The translations under genes were made by a program, and so were the position numbers. Under the pieces are notes generated by a model, which did not search any database, was not told the origin of the DNA, and was given only the letters and a program-made list of their open reading frames with translations. Positions 55,622 to 64,000 of a DNA stretch of 64,000 bases are shown in pieces. The stretch covers positions 62,001 to 126,000 of IMG/VR virus record IMGVR_UViG_3300046787_000200. One strand, written 5' to 3'. Every line of letters begins with the position of its first letter. Positions within the stretch are counted from its first letter, which is position 1.

Positions 55622-56653
55622 ATGTCTACAATTCGCATTTTGTCAGGTTCTTATCGTAAACAACCTGTAGTCAATACAGAGTTCACACTGGTCAAGGGTT
55701 TTCAGACCGGTGCTAAAGGTGGTTATGTGACTGTTAAAAATGACGGTCAATTCGCAATCAACATTCCTGAAGTTAAGGTCCTTGTTGATAGTATCAATGA
55801 TATTGAATTTTTGAATGGAGAACAAGTGGTAGCTAATACAGTAGAGTTTAAAAAAGAAGTAGTGAAAGAAACAGAAACAGAAACAGAAGCAATGGACCGT
55901 ATTGCAACACGTTTCGAGGTCCTCGATGAAATGTCACGTGCATGTATTAACGGTGACATTCGTGCTATGATTGTTTCAGGTCCACCCGGTGTCGGCAAGT
56001 CACACGGTGTTGAAACACAAATGGAGAAGGCAAGCATGTTTGACAAGCTTGCGGGTAAGAAAGTTCGCTTTCAAATTGTTAAAGGTGCGATGACTGCATT
56101 GGGTTTGTATGCACAATTGTACAAATATTCTGACAGTAAGAATGTATTGATTTTTGATGACTGCGATTCAGTTTTTACTGATGACTTGAGTTTGAACATT
56201 CTCAAGGCAGCACTTGATTCAGGTAAGACACGTAGAATTTGCTGGAACTCTGATTCACGTTTGTTGCGTGAAGAAGGTATCCCGAATACTTTCAACTTCA
56301 ATGGTAGTGCTATCTTTATCACTAACTTGAAATTCGGTAACTTGAAGTCTAAGAAGTTGCAGGATCACTTGGAAGCATTGCAGTCACGGTGTCACTTCTT
56401 GGACCTGACTATTGATGGTGATCGGGATAAGATGTTGCGCATCAAGCAAGTTCACCGTGATGCTGATGGTGGTTTGTTTAAAGACTATGATTTCACTGAA
56501 GAACAAGCACAAACTGTAATTGACTTCATGTGGGACAATCATACTAAATTGCGTGAAGTGTCCTTGCGTATGTGTTTGAAGATTGCAGACTTGGTTAAGA
56601 TCAGTCCCAGTAACTGGCAGAATCTTGCTAAGACAACTTGCATGAAGGCTTAA
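55622..56653 (+). CDS. AAA-family P-loop ATPase
   Basis: GPPGVGKS, LIFDDCD, IFITN, ALQSRC. Confidence 0.85.
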   Translation: MSTIRILSGSYRKQPVVNTEFTLVKGFQTGAKGGYVTVKNDGQFAINIPEVKVLVDSINDIEFLNGEQVVANTVEFKKEVVKETETETEAMDRIATRFEVLDEMSRACINGDIRAMIVSGPPGVGKSHGVETQMEKASMFDKLAGKKVRFQIVKGAMTALGLYAQLYKYSDSKNVLIFDDCDSVFTDDLSLNILKAALDSGKTRRICWNSDSRLLREEGIPNTFNFNGSAIFITNLKFGNLKSKKLQDHLEALQSRCHFLDLTIDGDRDKMLRIKQVHRDADGGLFKDYDFTEEQAQTVIDFMWDNHTKLREVSLRMCLKIADLVKISPSNWQNLAKTTCMKA

Positions 56654-56654
56654 T

Positions 56655-56810
56655 ATGACAGGCGTGTTTAGTTGTATTATCAGCCTTGCAATTGCTAACT
56701 TCGGCATTGCGGCTTTGCATAGTGTGCCACATTATCAAAGTGCCCTAGGTACAACTTGGAGCCAAGCATTTGCTGTATTGATCTATTATTTCATCTGGGT
56801 CAAGGAATAA
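56655..56810 (+). CDS. 51-aa hydrophobic protein (not in ORF track)
   Basis: MTGVFSCIISLAIANFGIAAL...AVLIYYFIWVKE. Confidence 0.5.
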   Translation: MTGVFSCIISLAIANFGIAALHSVPHYQSALGTTWSQAFAVLIYYFIWVKE

Positions 56811-56855
56811 CCCCTGCAGTGTGCGTAGAGGCAATGTCAATAAGTCCTCTTCGAT

Positions 56856-56876
56856 AAAGGAGCAATGCTCCTTTTA
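56856..56876 (+). terminator. Terminator hairpin
   Basis: AAAGGAGC-AAT-GCTCCTTTT. Confidence 0.7.
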
Positions 56877-56919
56877 CCATTATGATTGTAAATAATAATC
56901 GAACGTGATATAATAAACG

Positions 56920-57924
56920 ATGGATTTTAAGACACTTGAAGATGTAGGAACGTTTATGCTTGTCAATATACGACTAAGCAGGTATGACCTACAATTCGTT
57001 AATAACTTAACTAATATGATTGGTGTAAGAAATACAATTACTACTAATCAGGATAATCTCTTTAGACGGGTCGCATTAAAATATCGTAGGCAATTTACTC
57101 AACAAAAATTTGATATTGATACTTTACTATTATTACCTTGGACATGTAACGTAATAGAAAGTTCACCTCAATATACAAATGCATCTATCTCAATCATAGG
57201 GGATAAGATAATCTTTAGATCACCTTTCAATAAAAGCTTTTTAAACGCATTGAAAAAGAATCCAATCTATTCAATGGAATGGCATAAAGATAAACGTCAA
57301 TATGAAATCATATACGGTCCTACAACATTGAAAATGTTAATTACTTTAAGTGCGGATCACTTTGAAGTAATAGATTATTGCCCTATTACTAAAAATATTA
57401 TCAATAGTCTTAGCGAATTTGAAACAGTTAAATATTGGAAGCCGACACTTGTATGTAACAATGGTTACTTCTACATAGCCTCACTCAACGAAATATTATA
57501 CGAAACTATTAAAGATATTCCAGTAACCAACGATTTAACAATGGTTGCAGATTATGTTCAGTATGGAATTGAAGTAAGTGAATCTGTTATTGAGCACTTT
57601 TTTGATATAGAAAATCCAATGAAGATAACTCTTGCATGTAGTTATCGGGTTGAATGTGAAATTAGAGATTTAAATTCTGCTATTGAATGGTTACGTGAAC
57701 TTGGATGCGATAGTGTTACTACACATCTTTCAAAAAATACAACATTATCTAGTTTAGTGGAACAACACGATGTTGCTATGATTAAAGACCAATCAAACTT
57801 GCTATCATACAATAAACCTGTTATGATTCATTATAGGAATTATAGCTATATGGATCAGCCAGCCGGCTTATTTAAAATTATAAAATGCGTGAATTCAGAA
57901 CCCATCAATCTAGGAGATAAATGA
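56920..57924 (+). CDS. Hypothetical protein, possible HARP-like domain
   Basis: IIFRSPFNKSFLNALKK...WHKDKRQYEI; coupled to helicase gene. Confidence 0.65.
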   Translation: MDFKTLEDVGTFMLVNIRLSRYDLQFVNNLTNMIGVRNTITTNQDNLFRRVALKYRRQFTQQKFDIDTLLLLPWTCNVIESSPQYTNASISIIGDKIIFRSPFNKSFLNALKKNPIYSMEWHKDKRQYEIIYGPTTLKMLITLSADHFEVIDYCPITKNIINSLSEFETVKYWKPTLVCNNGYFYIASLNEILYETIKDIPVTNDLTMVADYVQYGIEVSESVIEHFFDIENPMKITLACSYRVECEIRDLNSAIEWLRELGCDSVTTHLSKNTTLSSLVEQHDVAMIKDQSNLLSYNKPVMIHYRNYSYMDQPAGLFKIIKCVNSEPINLGDK

Positions 57925-59372
57925 AACAATGTAAGATTATCGTTAAAGATGAAGTTAACGTCAAAATAGAAGGACTTGAGCTATCAGAGCGAAAAGCACT
58001 GATGAAACTTTTTGAGTATGAAGTTCCAGGTGCACGTTATTTACCTGCAGTCAGACTAGGTAGATGGAATGGTAAAGTAAGTTATTTTAGTTTAGGTGGT
58101 TCAAGTTACATTAACTTGTTACCTGAAATCATTCCTGTATTAGACAATGCAGGTTATGATATTGAACTAGAAGATACTAGAGATTATACAACTACATTTG
58201 AATTTGCTGAAGTGTCCGAGGCAACGTTTGCACATAAGAATTGGCCTAAAGGTCATCCTAAAGAAGGACAGCCGGTAGAACTACGTGACTATCAAATCAA
58301 TATTGTTAATAACTTCTTAAAGAATCCGCAATCACTACAAGAAATTGCAACTGGTGCAGGTAAAACATTAATGACAGCCGCACTGAGTTATAGTGTAGAG
58401 AACTATGGTCGTAGCATTGTTATTGTCCCGAACAAAAGTCTAGTAACACAAACTGAGGCTGACTATATTAATCTAGGATTAGATGTTGGTGTATACTTTG
58501 GTGATCGTAAAGAATACAATAAGACACATACTATTTGCACTTGGCAAAGCCTTAACAATATGCTTAAGAAAACAAAAGCAGGTGAAGCAGATATTATGGA
58601 CTTCATTGAAGGTGTAGTATGTGTAATGGTAGATGAAGTGCATATGGCTAAAGCTGATGCATTAAAAACATTGCTTACAAGTGTATTTGCTAAAGTTCCA
58701 ATTCGTTGGGGACTTACAGGAACTATCCCTAAAGCTAAATTTGAAGCTCAATCATTGTTTGTAAGTCTTGGTCCTGTTATCAGTAAGTTATCAGCAAGTG
58801 AACTACAAGATCAGGGTGTGTTGGCACAATGTCACGTAAACATTGTTCAATTAAAAGATGAAGTTGAATTCACTAATTATCAAAGTGAACTAAAACACTT
58901 ATTAGAAGATACTCATAGACTTGATGCTATCGCTGAATTGATATTAAAGATTAAAGAGAGTGGCAATGTATTGATTCTAGTTGATAGAGTGAATGCAGGT
59001 AAGGAACTGATTAGTAGATTACCGGATAGTGTGTTCGTTAGTGGTGCTACTAATATGACTGACAGGAAAGAAGAATATGATGAAGTTGCTACTAGCACGA
59101 ACAAAATTATTGTTGCGACTTATGGTGTTGCGGCTGTTGGCATTAACATACCTCGTATTTTTAATCTGGTTCTCATTGAACCTGGAAAATCCTTCGTCCG
59201 TGTTATCCAAAGTATCGGTCGAGGAATTCGTAAGGCAGAAGATAAAGACTTTGTTCAAATCTGGGATGTAACCAGCAGTTGTAAGTTTGCCAAACGACAC
59301 TTAACACAACGTAAGGCTTTTTACAAAGAAGCTAATTACCCGTTTGACTTAGAAAAGTTGACATACAGATAA
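57921..59372 (+). CDS. uvsW: Superfamily 2 helicase (UvsW-like)
   Basis: LRDYQ, ATGAGKT, DEVH, GLTGT, QSIGRGIR. Confidence 0.92.
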   Translation: MKQCKIIVKDEVNVKIEGLELSERKALMKLFEYEVPGARYLPAVRLGRWNGKVSYFSLGGSSYINLLPEIIPVLDNAGYDIELEDTRDYTTTFEFAEVSEATFAHKNWPKGHPKEGQPVELRDYQINIVNNFLKNPQSLQEIATGAGKTLMTAALSYSVENYGRSIVIVPNKSLVTQTEADYINLGLDVGVYFGDRKEYNKTHTICTWQSLNNMLKKTKAGEADIMDFIEGVVCVMVDEVHMAKADALKTLLTSVFAKVPIRWGLTGTIPKAKFEAQSLFVSLGPVISKLSASELQDQGVLAQCHVNIVQLKDEVEFTNYQSELKHLLEDTHRLDAIAELILKIKESGNVLILVDRVNAGKELISRLPDSVFVSGATNMTDRKEEYDEVATSTNKIIVATYGVAAVGINIPRIFNLVLIEPGKSFVRVIQSIGRGIRKAEDKDFVQIWDVTSSCKFAKRHLTQRKAFYKEANYPFDLEKLTYR

Positions 59373-59392
59373 GAAAGTGTTATAATACTATT

Positions 59393-59893
59393 ATGCGAAT
59401 ATTAACCTTAGACAACGAATTCTATAACTTAGAAACACTCCCCGAAGAAATTGATGACCTGCGTTTTGCTATATTAGATAACTCTAATCCTAGCAATGTA
59501 GATTATCATTATATCCCACTTATCTTTTTAGAGAGTTTTAACAGCCCTGCACTTGTATTGAAGATCGGTAATCAAACTATTAAGATGCCCATTGACTGGC
59601 AGATACTTATAGGTGAACAAGAGCATGGAGATTTAGAAACGTTACCTCTTACAAGTATTAATGATAGAGGTTTCAATGCATTTGAATTTAATCCACTAAC
59701 AGCATTCAGCCCGAGTTTTGTACCTATTGAGATTGTAGACATTTACCACGATGTAACATGGTATGCACCAAGATTGAAGAACGGACAGTTCTTATGTGTA
59801 CCGATTGATGATGGTCCTAAACCACGATGTGTATATTTTGTAAAAGAGATTAGTCGTAACTGTGAGATTGTAGATTATAGTCAGGCATTCTAA
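59393..59893 (+). CDS. Hypothetical protein (probably leaderless)
   Basis: TTGACA(59358)-17-TATAAT ends 6 nt before ATG. Confidence 0.8.
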   Translation: MRILTLDNEFYNLETLPEEIDDLRFAILDNSNPSNVDYHYIPLIFLESFNSPALVLKIGNQTIKMPIDWQILIGEQEHGDLETLPLTSINDRGFNAFEFNPLTAFSPSFVPIEIVDIYHDVTWYAPRLKNGQFLCVPIDDGPKPRCVYFVKEISRNCEIVDYSQAF

Positions 59894-60486
59894 TGGCAAC
59901 AAAGAAACAAGCAATACCACAAGATGAAAAGTTAGAGAACCAAGACTTTAACATGTTTGAAGCATTATCGGCTTTGGACAAGAAAGACTATGGTTACTAT
60001 GATAGACTTACACCTGAACAACAACGTAAATTTGTGCCATTCATGTTAATTAAGTGGTTAAGTTATGTTAAAGGTTCAGGTGATATTGCTGGTTATTATG
60101 TAATGAGTACTGAGTACAATGCTAATAAGTATTTCTTTAATGAAAGTGTCGGTAAGCATCCTAAACTACAATGGTACATGTTATGCGCAAGTAGTCCTGG
60201 ATTAGGTAAGCAGTTTCATCAGTGGTTACCGCAGATTAAAGAACGTGTAAGCTTATTGAAAGAACCAGCTGTATTAAAAGACACAAAAGAATATTTTACA
60301 AAGATATATCCCAAAGCAAATGTTGAAGATATCACAGAATATTCGAAACAATTTGTGCAAGAACAGAAAAAGAAAATGCATCTTGCAGAAATTTATCCCC
60401 ATTTAAAAATAGCAGACATAGAAGTACTAAGCCAAACGGTTACAGATGAAGATATCTCTCAATACGAAAAAGACAGAGGCAACTGA
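59893..60486 (+). CDS. Hypothetical protein, possibly clamp-loader small subunit (gp62-like)
   Basis: FVPFMLIKWLS...N...LQWYML pattern; replication context. Confidence 0.45.
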   Translation: MATKKQAIPQDEKLENQDFNMFEALSALDKKDYGYYDRLTPEQQRKFVPFMLIKWLSYVKGSGDIAGYYVMSTEYNANKYFFNESVGKHPKLQWYMLCASSPGLGKQFHQWLPQIKERVSLLKEPAVLKDTKEYFTKIYPKANVEDITEYSKQFVQEQKKKMHLAEIYPHLKIADIEVLSQTVTDEDISQYEKDRGN

Positions 60487-61168
60487 TAAGCCAACTAAGT
60501 TTGGTTGTGAGTTTTGCAATAGAGAATTCATGCGTGAATCTACTATGGCTAAACACCTATGTGAAAATAAACAACGTTTTTTGAACAAAGACCTACAAGG
60601 TAATCGTATTGGATTTCAAGCTTGGCTACAATTTTACAAAAAAAACACATCAAGCAAAAAGAATAAAACATATGATGAGTTTATTCGTAGCGCATATTAT
60701 ACTGCTTTTGTAAAGTTTGGCACACATTGCGCTGATATCAATGCTATTAATATTAGCCGATATGTTGATTGGTTGTTGAAGAATCAAATACGTATTGATA
60801 CCTGGACTACTGATAGTGTTTACACAAAATACTTAATTGAATATCTACGTGTGGAAGATCCGTTAGATGCAATTGCACGTAGTGTCCAAACTACTATTGA
60901 TTTAGCAGAAATTGAAGGCATATTACCTAGAGATTATTTGCGTTACGGTAATACAAATAAGATATGTCATAATATTACTAATGGTAAACTTAGTCCTTGG
61001 ATGTTATATCAGAGTGACAGTGGTGTAAAGTTTTTAGATAATTTAAATGAATCACAAGTAAAATTGGTTATTGATTACATCAACCCAGAGTTATGGAAGA
61101 TCAAATTTAACCGTGAATCAGAAAATGTGAAACAAGTTAAGGAATTATTGAATGCAGGCGGGTACTAG
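60446..61168 (+). CDS. Zinc-finger-containing hypothetical protein
   Basis: CEFC-x12-HLC; TAG stop. Confidence 0.75.
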   Translation: MKISLNTKKTEATDKPTKFGCEFCNREFMRESTMAKHLCENKQRFLNKDLQGNRIGFQAWLQFYKKNTSSKKNKTYDEFIRSAYYTAFVKFGTHCADINAINISRYVDWLLKNQIRIDTWTTDSVYTKYLIEYLRVEDPLDAIARSVQTTIDLAEIEGILPRDYLRYGNTNKICHNITNGKLSPWMLYQSDSGVKFLDNLNESQVKLVIDYINPELWKIKFNRESENVKQVKELLNAGGY

Positions 61169-61349
61169 AGTTCGTATACCATGGCAAGCAAATCACGGCA
61201 TACCTACATGGAATGAAACATGTGCTTGGGCAATAGAACAGTTTGGATTATCTGGTGATAGATATGTTACAAACGCAACTGAAGATTATTTGGATTTCTA
61301 TTTTGTAGATGAGCGTGATGCTATCATCTTTGAGTTAGCACGGGGTTGA
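61152..61349 (+). CDS. Small 'LRW-family' protein
   Basis: CAWAIEQFG...FYFVDERDAIIFEL. Confidence 0.7.
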   Translation: MQAGTRVRIPWQANHGIPTWNETCAWAIEQFGLSGDRYVTNATEDYLDFYFVDERDAIIFELARG

Positions 61350-61350
61350 A

Positions 61351-61566
61351 GTGCAACAGGTAAAACTATATATTAATGTAACCAGAACATTAGAAATAGT
61401 ATACGAACTAAAGCAAATGGGTTGGATTATGGGTACAGACTTTGACTTTGCCTATTATAAGTCTGAATGGGATAGTTTTGGGCATGAACCTCCCAGTCAA
61501 CAATATACTATGTTTACCTTTTACAACGATAGTAATGCCAGTTACTTTACATTAAAGTGGGGATGA
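61351..61566 (+). CDS. Small 'LRW-family' protein
   Basis: Ends ASYFTLKWG. Confidence 0.7.
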   Translation: MQQVKLYINVTRTLEIVYELKQMGWIMGTDFDFAYYKSEWDSFGHEPPSQQYTMFTFYNDSNASYFTLKWG

Positions 61567-61579
61567 TGTATAATATACT

Positions 61580-62008
61580 ATGTTATACAGATTTATACAT
61601 AGGCTAAAAGCCCGTATTAGAAAATATCGGGCAGAACGAAAACTTGAAAAAAGTGGGTGTTCATCTTGGTATATGTACCGTCGTAAGTTTGATACTGCTT
61701 ATAATATTCGTGCTAATAAAATAAATGATTGTTATCACGGATACAAGTTTATTCATTCTATAACCGATCATAGTCATTATGCTTATCAGTTTCTTTACTA
61801 TTATGATTGGCACATACAACGATTTGGTTATGATGAGATGGTTGATTGGTGTAATGAAAATCTAAAACATAAACATCGTTTTGATTTTCATCGTGTGATT
61901 AACTATCAAGGTGGGTGGGAAATTAATGAACTTGGTGGTAGTGATTATTTGTTTGTTGCGTTCGAAGATGAGAAAGATTACATTCATTATATGTTGAGGT
62001 GGTCGTGA
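61580..62008 (+). CDS. 'LRW-family' protein
   Basis: DWCNEN...FEDEKDYIHYMLRWS; TTTACA-17-TATAAT 5 nt upstream. Confidence 0.75.
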   Translation: MLYRFIHRLKARIRKYRAERKLEKSGCSSWYMYRRKFDTAYNIRANKINDCYHGYKFIHSITDHSHYAYQFLYYYDWHIQRFGYDEMVDWCNENLKHKHRFDFHRVINYQGGWEINELGGSDYLFVAFEDEKDYIHYMLRWS

Positions 62009-62193
62009 AACTTACCCCCAAACACGGCTACGGGCCAAACTGCTATACTGTGGCTACAACTTCAGAATGGTATGACATTGTTATTTGGATGTTGGAAAAT
62101 GAAGTGGATCACTGGCATGTGTCTACTGGTCCCGAAGGCTATGGATTTCAAGTAAAATCAAAGGTTGAATGGTTTTTGTTGAGGTGGAGTTAA
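62005..62193 (+). CDS. Small 'LRW-family' protein
   Basis: GTG start after GAGGTGG; ends WFLLRWS. Confidence 0.7.
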   Translation: MKLTPKHGYGPNCYTVATTSEWYDIVIWMLENEVDHWHVSTGPEGYGFQVKSKVEWFLLRWS

Positions 62194-62429
62194 TGGATTT
62201 AGATACGGTAAAACGAATAGCATATAAGTGGTCCACTGAAAATAGTAATCTCAAACCAATGATTGGTGACGCAAGAGTTATTACCGGTGATTATATAGTT
62301 GACTCAAGGATATATCATTTTGAAAAAGCTAGTGGTATAGAATTAGATGTTTCCGGACTTAATCTCATAACAGGATATAAAATAGTTGATGAAGAAAAGT
62401 TTGCTTGGTGTGTATTGAGGTATAGTTGA
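62193..62429 (+). CDS. Small 'LRW-family' protein
   Basis: TAATG coupling; ends DEEKFAWCVLRYS. Confidence 0.7.
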   Translation: MDLDTVKRIAYKWSTENSNLKPMIGDARVITGDYIVDSRIYHFEKASGIELDVSGLNLITGYKIVDEEKFAWCVLRYS

Positions 62430-62746
62430 TGCGTAAATTCATACATCGTATCTGGTGGAAACTTATGCCTGGCACAATCATTAAAGTGAAATGGCCTAAA
62501 GGTAAGATTACAGTAGATCATAATGATTCGAGATGGTGTGATCTTGGTGGTGCAGTATGGATAGAGTTTGAAAGCGCGGATCCAAACGATCACTATCGTC
62601 CATGGATGGAAGCAAATGTAGGTCGTCAGAATTGGGATTGGAGTTGGGATATGCGAGACAATGATGTTGCTGAAAATGTATTGTCTATCAAGTTTCGTAA
62701 AGGTAAAGAACAATATGCTTCAATGGTGGCACTAAAATGGATGTAA
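62429..62746 (+). CDS. Small 'LRW-family' protein
   Basis: TGATG coupling; ends MVALKWM. Confidence 0.7.
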   Translation: MRKFIHRIWWKLMPGTIIKVKWPKGKITVDHNDSRWCDLGGAVWIEFESADPNDHYRPWMEANVGRQNWDWSWDMRDNDVAENVLSIKFRKGKEQYASMVALKWM

Positions 62747-62928
62747 AAGTGTTTAGTTTACCCGGTGGAATAGACGGCTGGGATCAAGTTGTAGAACGGA
62801 TTACTTGGTGTAGAGAACAGTTTGGTGAACGAACATTTGCAGGTCCTTGGGAATATAATGCAGTTAGTCATATGATTATTGTGCGTGAAGAAAAGAATAT
62901 TATGTTGTATATGTTGAGGTGGTTATGA
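62737..62928 (+). CDS. Small 'LRW-family' protein
   Basis: TWCREQFG...LYMLRWL. Confidence 0.7.
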   Translation: MDVKVFSLPGGIDGWDQVVERITWCREQFGERTFAGPWEYNAVSHMIIVREEKNIMLYMLRWL

Positions 62929-63137
62929 AAGAGTTTCCATACACTGTAACTACTAAGAAACTCAAGCACGAGGCCGAACAATGGTGCACCAAGAATATTG
63001 GGGAACGATGGTTTGCTGTGGGGAGAAAGACAGGCAATTGGACATGCTTTTGGGCAGGAAGAGATGATCCTAAAAGTTATCGCTGGCACTTTAAAAATGA
63101 AAAAGATGCTGTTATGTTTTCGTTGAGGTGGTTATGA
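62925..63137 (+). CDS. Small 'LRW-family' protein
   Basis: QWCTKNIG...FKNEKDAVMFSLRWL. Confidence 0.72.
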   Translation: MKEFPYTVTTKKLKHEAEQWCTKNIGERWFAVGRKTGNWTCFWAGRDDPKSYRWHFKNEKDAVMFSLRWL

Positions 63138-63340
63138 TAAAGAAACAATATCATAGGCATCCAACGTCAGTAGGTTATTTCAGTAACTTTATCAGAATGA
63201 ATGACCCCGAAGGTGTCATTGAAGATGAACTGAAGAAATACAATGCCTCAGTTGGTAAAAGCAAGAATAAAAACTATAAACTGAATGTTAAGTGGCACGA
63301 TGAAAAATTATATATGTTGTTTGTATTGAGGTATCAATGA
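63134..63340 (+). CDS. Small 'LRW-family' protein
   Basis: Ends DEKLYMLFVLRYQ. Confidence 0.7.
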   Translation: MIKKQYHRHPTSVGYFSNFIRMNDPEGVIEDELKKYNASVGKSKNKNYKLNVKWHDEKLYMLFVLRYQ

Positions 63341-63546
63341 GAGAACTAAAGAAAGAACTGTGGCCCCACAAGGTAGAGCTTGATTTGGATCAAAGTCAGC
63401 AAAAGATTGTGGAAATAGAAACTTGGCTGGGCGAACATTATGGTATTTATAAAGGTCGCTGGAATCAGGTCAACCATTATGACCATACTACATTTTATTT
63501 CCGTTCAGGCAGTGATGCTACTATGTTTAGTTTGAGGTGGCAATGA
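63337..63546 (+). CDS. Small 'LRW-family' protein
   Basis: TWLGEHYG...DATMFSLRWQ. Confidence 0.72.
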   Translation: MRELKKELWPHKVELDLDQSQQKIVEIETWLGEHYGIYKGRWNQVNHYDHTTFYFRSGSDATMFSLRWQ

Positions 63547-63794
63547 CTATTACTAGTTCAATGTTACAACATCTTAATGTTAAGGTACCAAAGTTATACA
63601 AAGTTGTATATGCTAAAACAATAGACGGCGTTCAAGCACAATGGCAAGTAAGTTATAAAGATTATATTGTAAATGAATGGCTTAAGGAAAACTGCGAATA
63701 TCCTTACTATCATAGTCCCGGATATCTTACAGAAAAGTTTATTGAGTTTACAGATGAAAAAGAAGCGTTGTGGTTTAGTTTGAGGTTTGAATGA
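63543..63794 (+). CDS. Small 'LRW-family' protein
   Basis: EWLKENC...DEKEALWFSLRFE. Confidence 0.72.
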   Translation: MTITSSMLQHLNVKVPKLYKVVYAKTIDGVQAQWQVSYKDYIVNEWLKENCEYPYYHSPGYLTEKFIEFTDEKEALWFSLRFE

Positions 63795-64000
63795 TAGTAA
63801 GTGAAGGTAAAATATTCGGTGAAAGATACTATACAGTTGATCCTGAGTTGGTTGACTTCAATGACTTTGATCCAAACTTTTTTCATCAATCCTGGCACGA
63901 TATAGAAATATGGTGTATCAAAACATTTGGATGCACCCCTGCAAATGGTGTTTGGGAACCTCACGGTAGATGGTATATGAACAATAGTAAGTTTTGGTTC
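63791..64000 (+). CDS. Small 'LRW-family' protein, 3' truncated
   Basis: ATGA coupling; MIVSEGK...IWCIKTFG...RWYMNNSKFWF runs off the window. Confidence 0.65.
   Translation, partial: MIVSEGKIFGERYYTVDPELVDFNDFDPNFFHQSWHDIEIWCIKTFGCTPANGVWEPHGRWYMNNSKFWF

Noticed and set aside
55867-55890. Short tandem repeat (GAAACA)n
   Set aside because: In-frame ETETETE linker in the ATPase; unit length preserves frame, so there is no sign of a switch
33201-59372. Introns or inteins in thyA, terminase, uvsX or uvsW
   Set aside because: The ORFs are continuous, of normal length, and show no splicing or homing-endonuclease motifs
61166-61216. Functional readthrough of the TAG at 61168
   Set aside because: Would add only about 16 featureless residues overlapping the next gene
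200-63964. The many short minus-strand and alternate-frame ORFs in the track (e.g. 46497..47099, 33234..33688, 26102..26536)
   Set aside because: They lie over well-supported plus-strand genes and lack SD or recognisable motifs; treated as shadow ORFs
1-64000. Genome-wide TAG reassignment (genetic code 15)
   Set aside because: Essentially all genes, including terminase and structural genes, are full-length under the standard code; only one internal TAG was found

Overview
A 64-kb, AT-rich, almost entirely plus-strand segment of a large T4-like (jumbo-type) phage. Evidence: terminase large subunit, gp32-like SSB, UvsX, UvsY, UvsW, ThyA, DHFR, spanin-like pair, gp9/gp10-like baseplate motifs and TATAAATA-type late promoters. 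The phage-borne porin, DUF4214-like protein and tmRNA tag suggest a betaproteobacterial host (inference). The left 21 kb is a modification island with 11 radical SAM genes (mostly N-terminal twitch type), three SGNH-like proteins, a PFIY micro-ORF, a carbamoyltransferase and a 1427-aa repeat/glycosyltransferase-like protein. The most striking element, missed by the ORF track, is a translation-control island at 21.3-22.5 kb. It holds a circularly permuted two-piece tmRNA (tag ANDSQFALAA), an amber-suppressor tRNA (anticodon CTA) and, directly downstream, a gene whose Shine-Dalgarno-supported start is followed by an in-frame TAG at codon 3, in a genome that otherwise uses the standard code. Other notable signals: a methyltransferase split at a T7-AG slip site, many apparently leaderless genes, a near-consensus CRP box, and an array of small paralogous genes whose conserved C-terminal LRW codons double as the ribosome-binding site of the next gene. 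All family calls come from motif recognition; no database searches were run.
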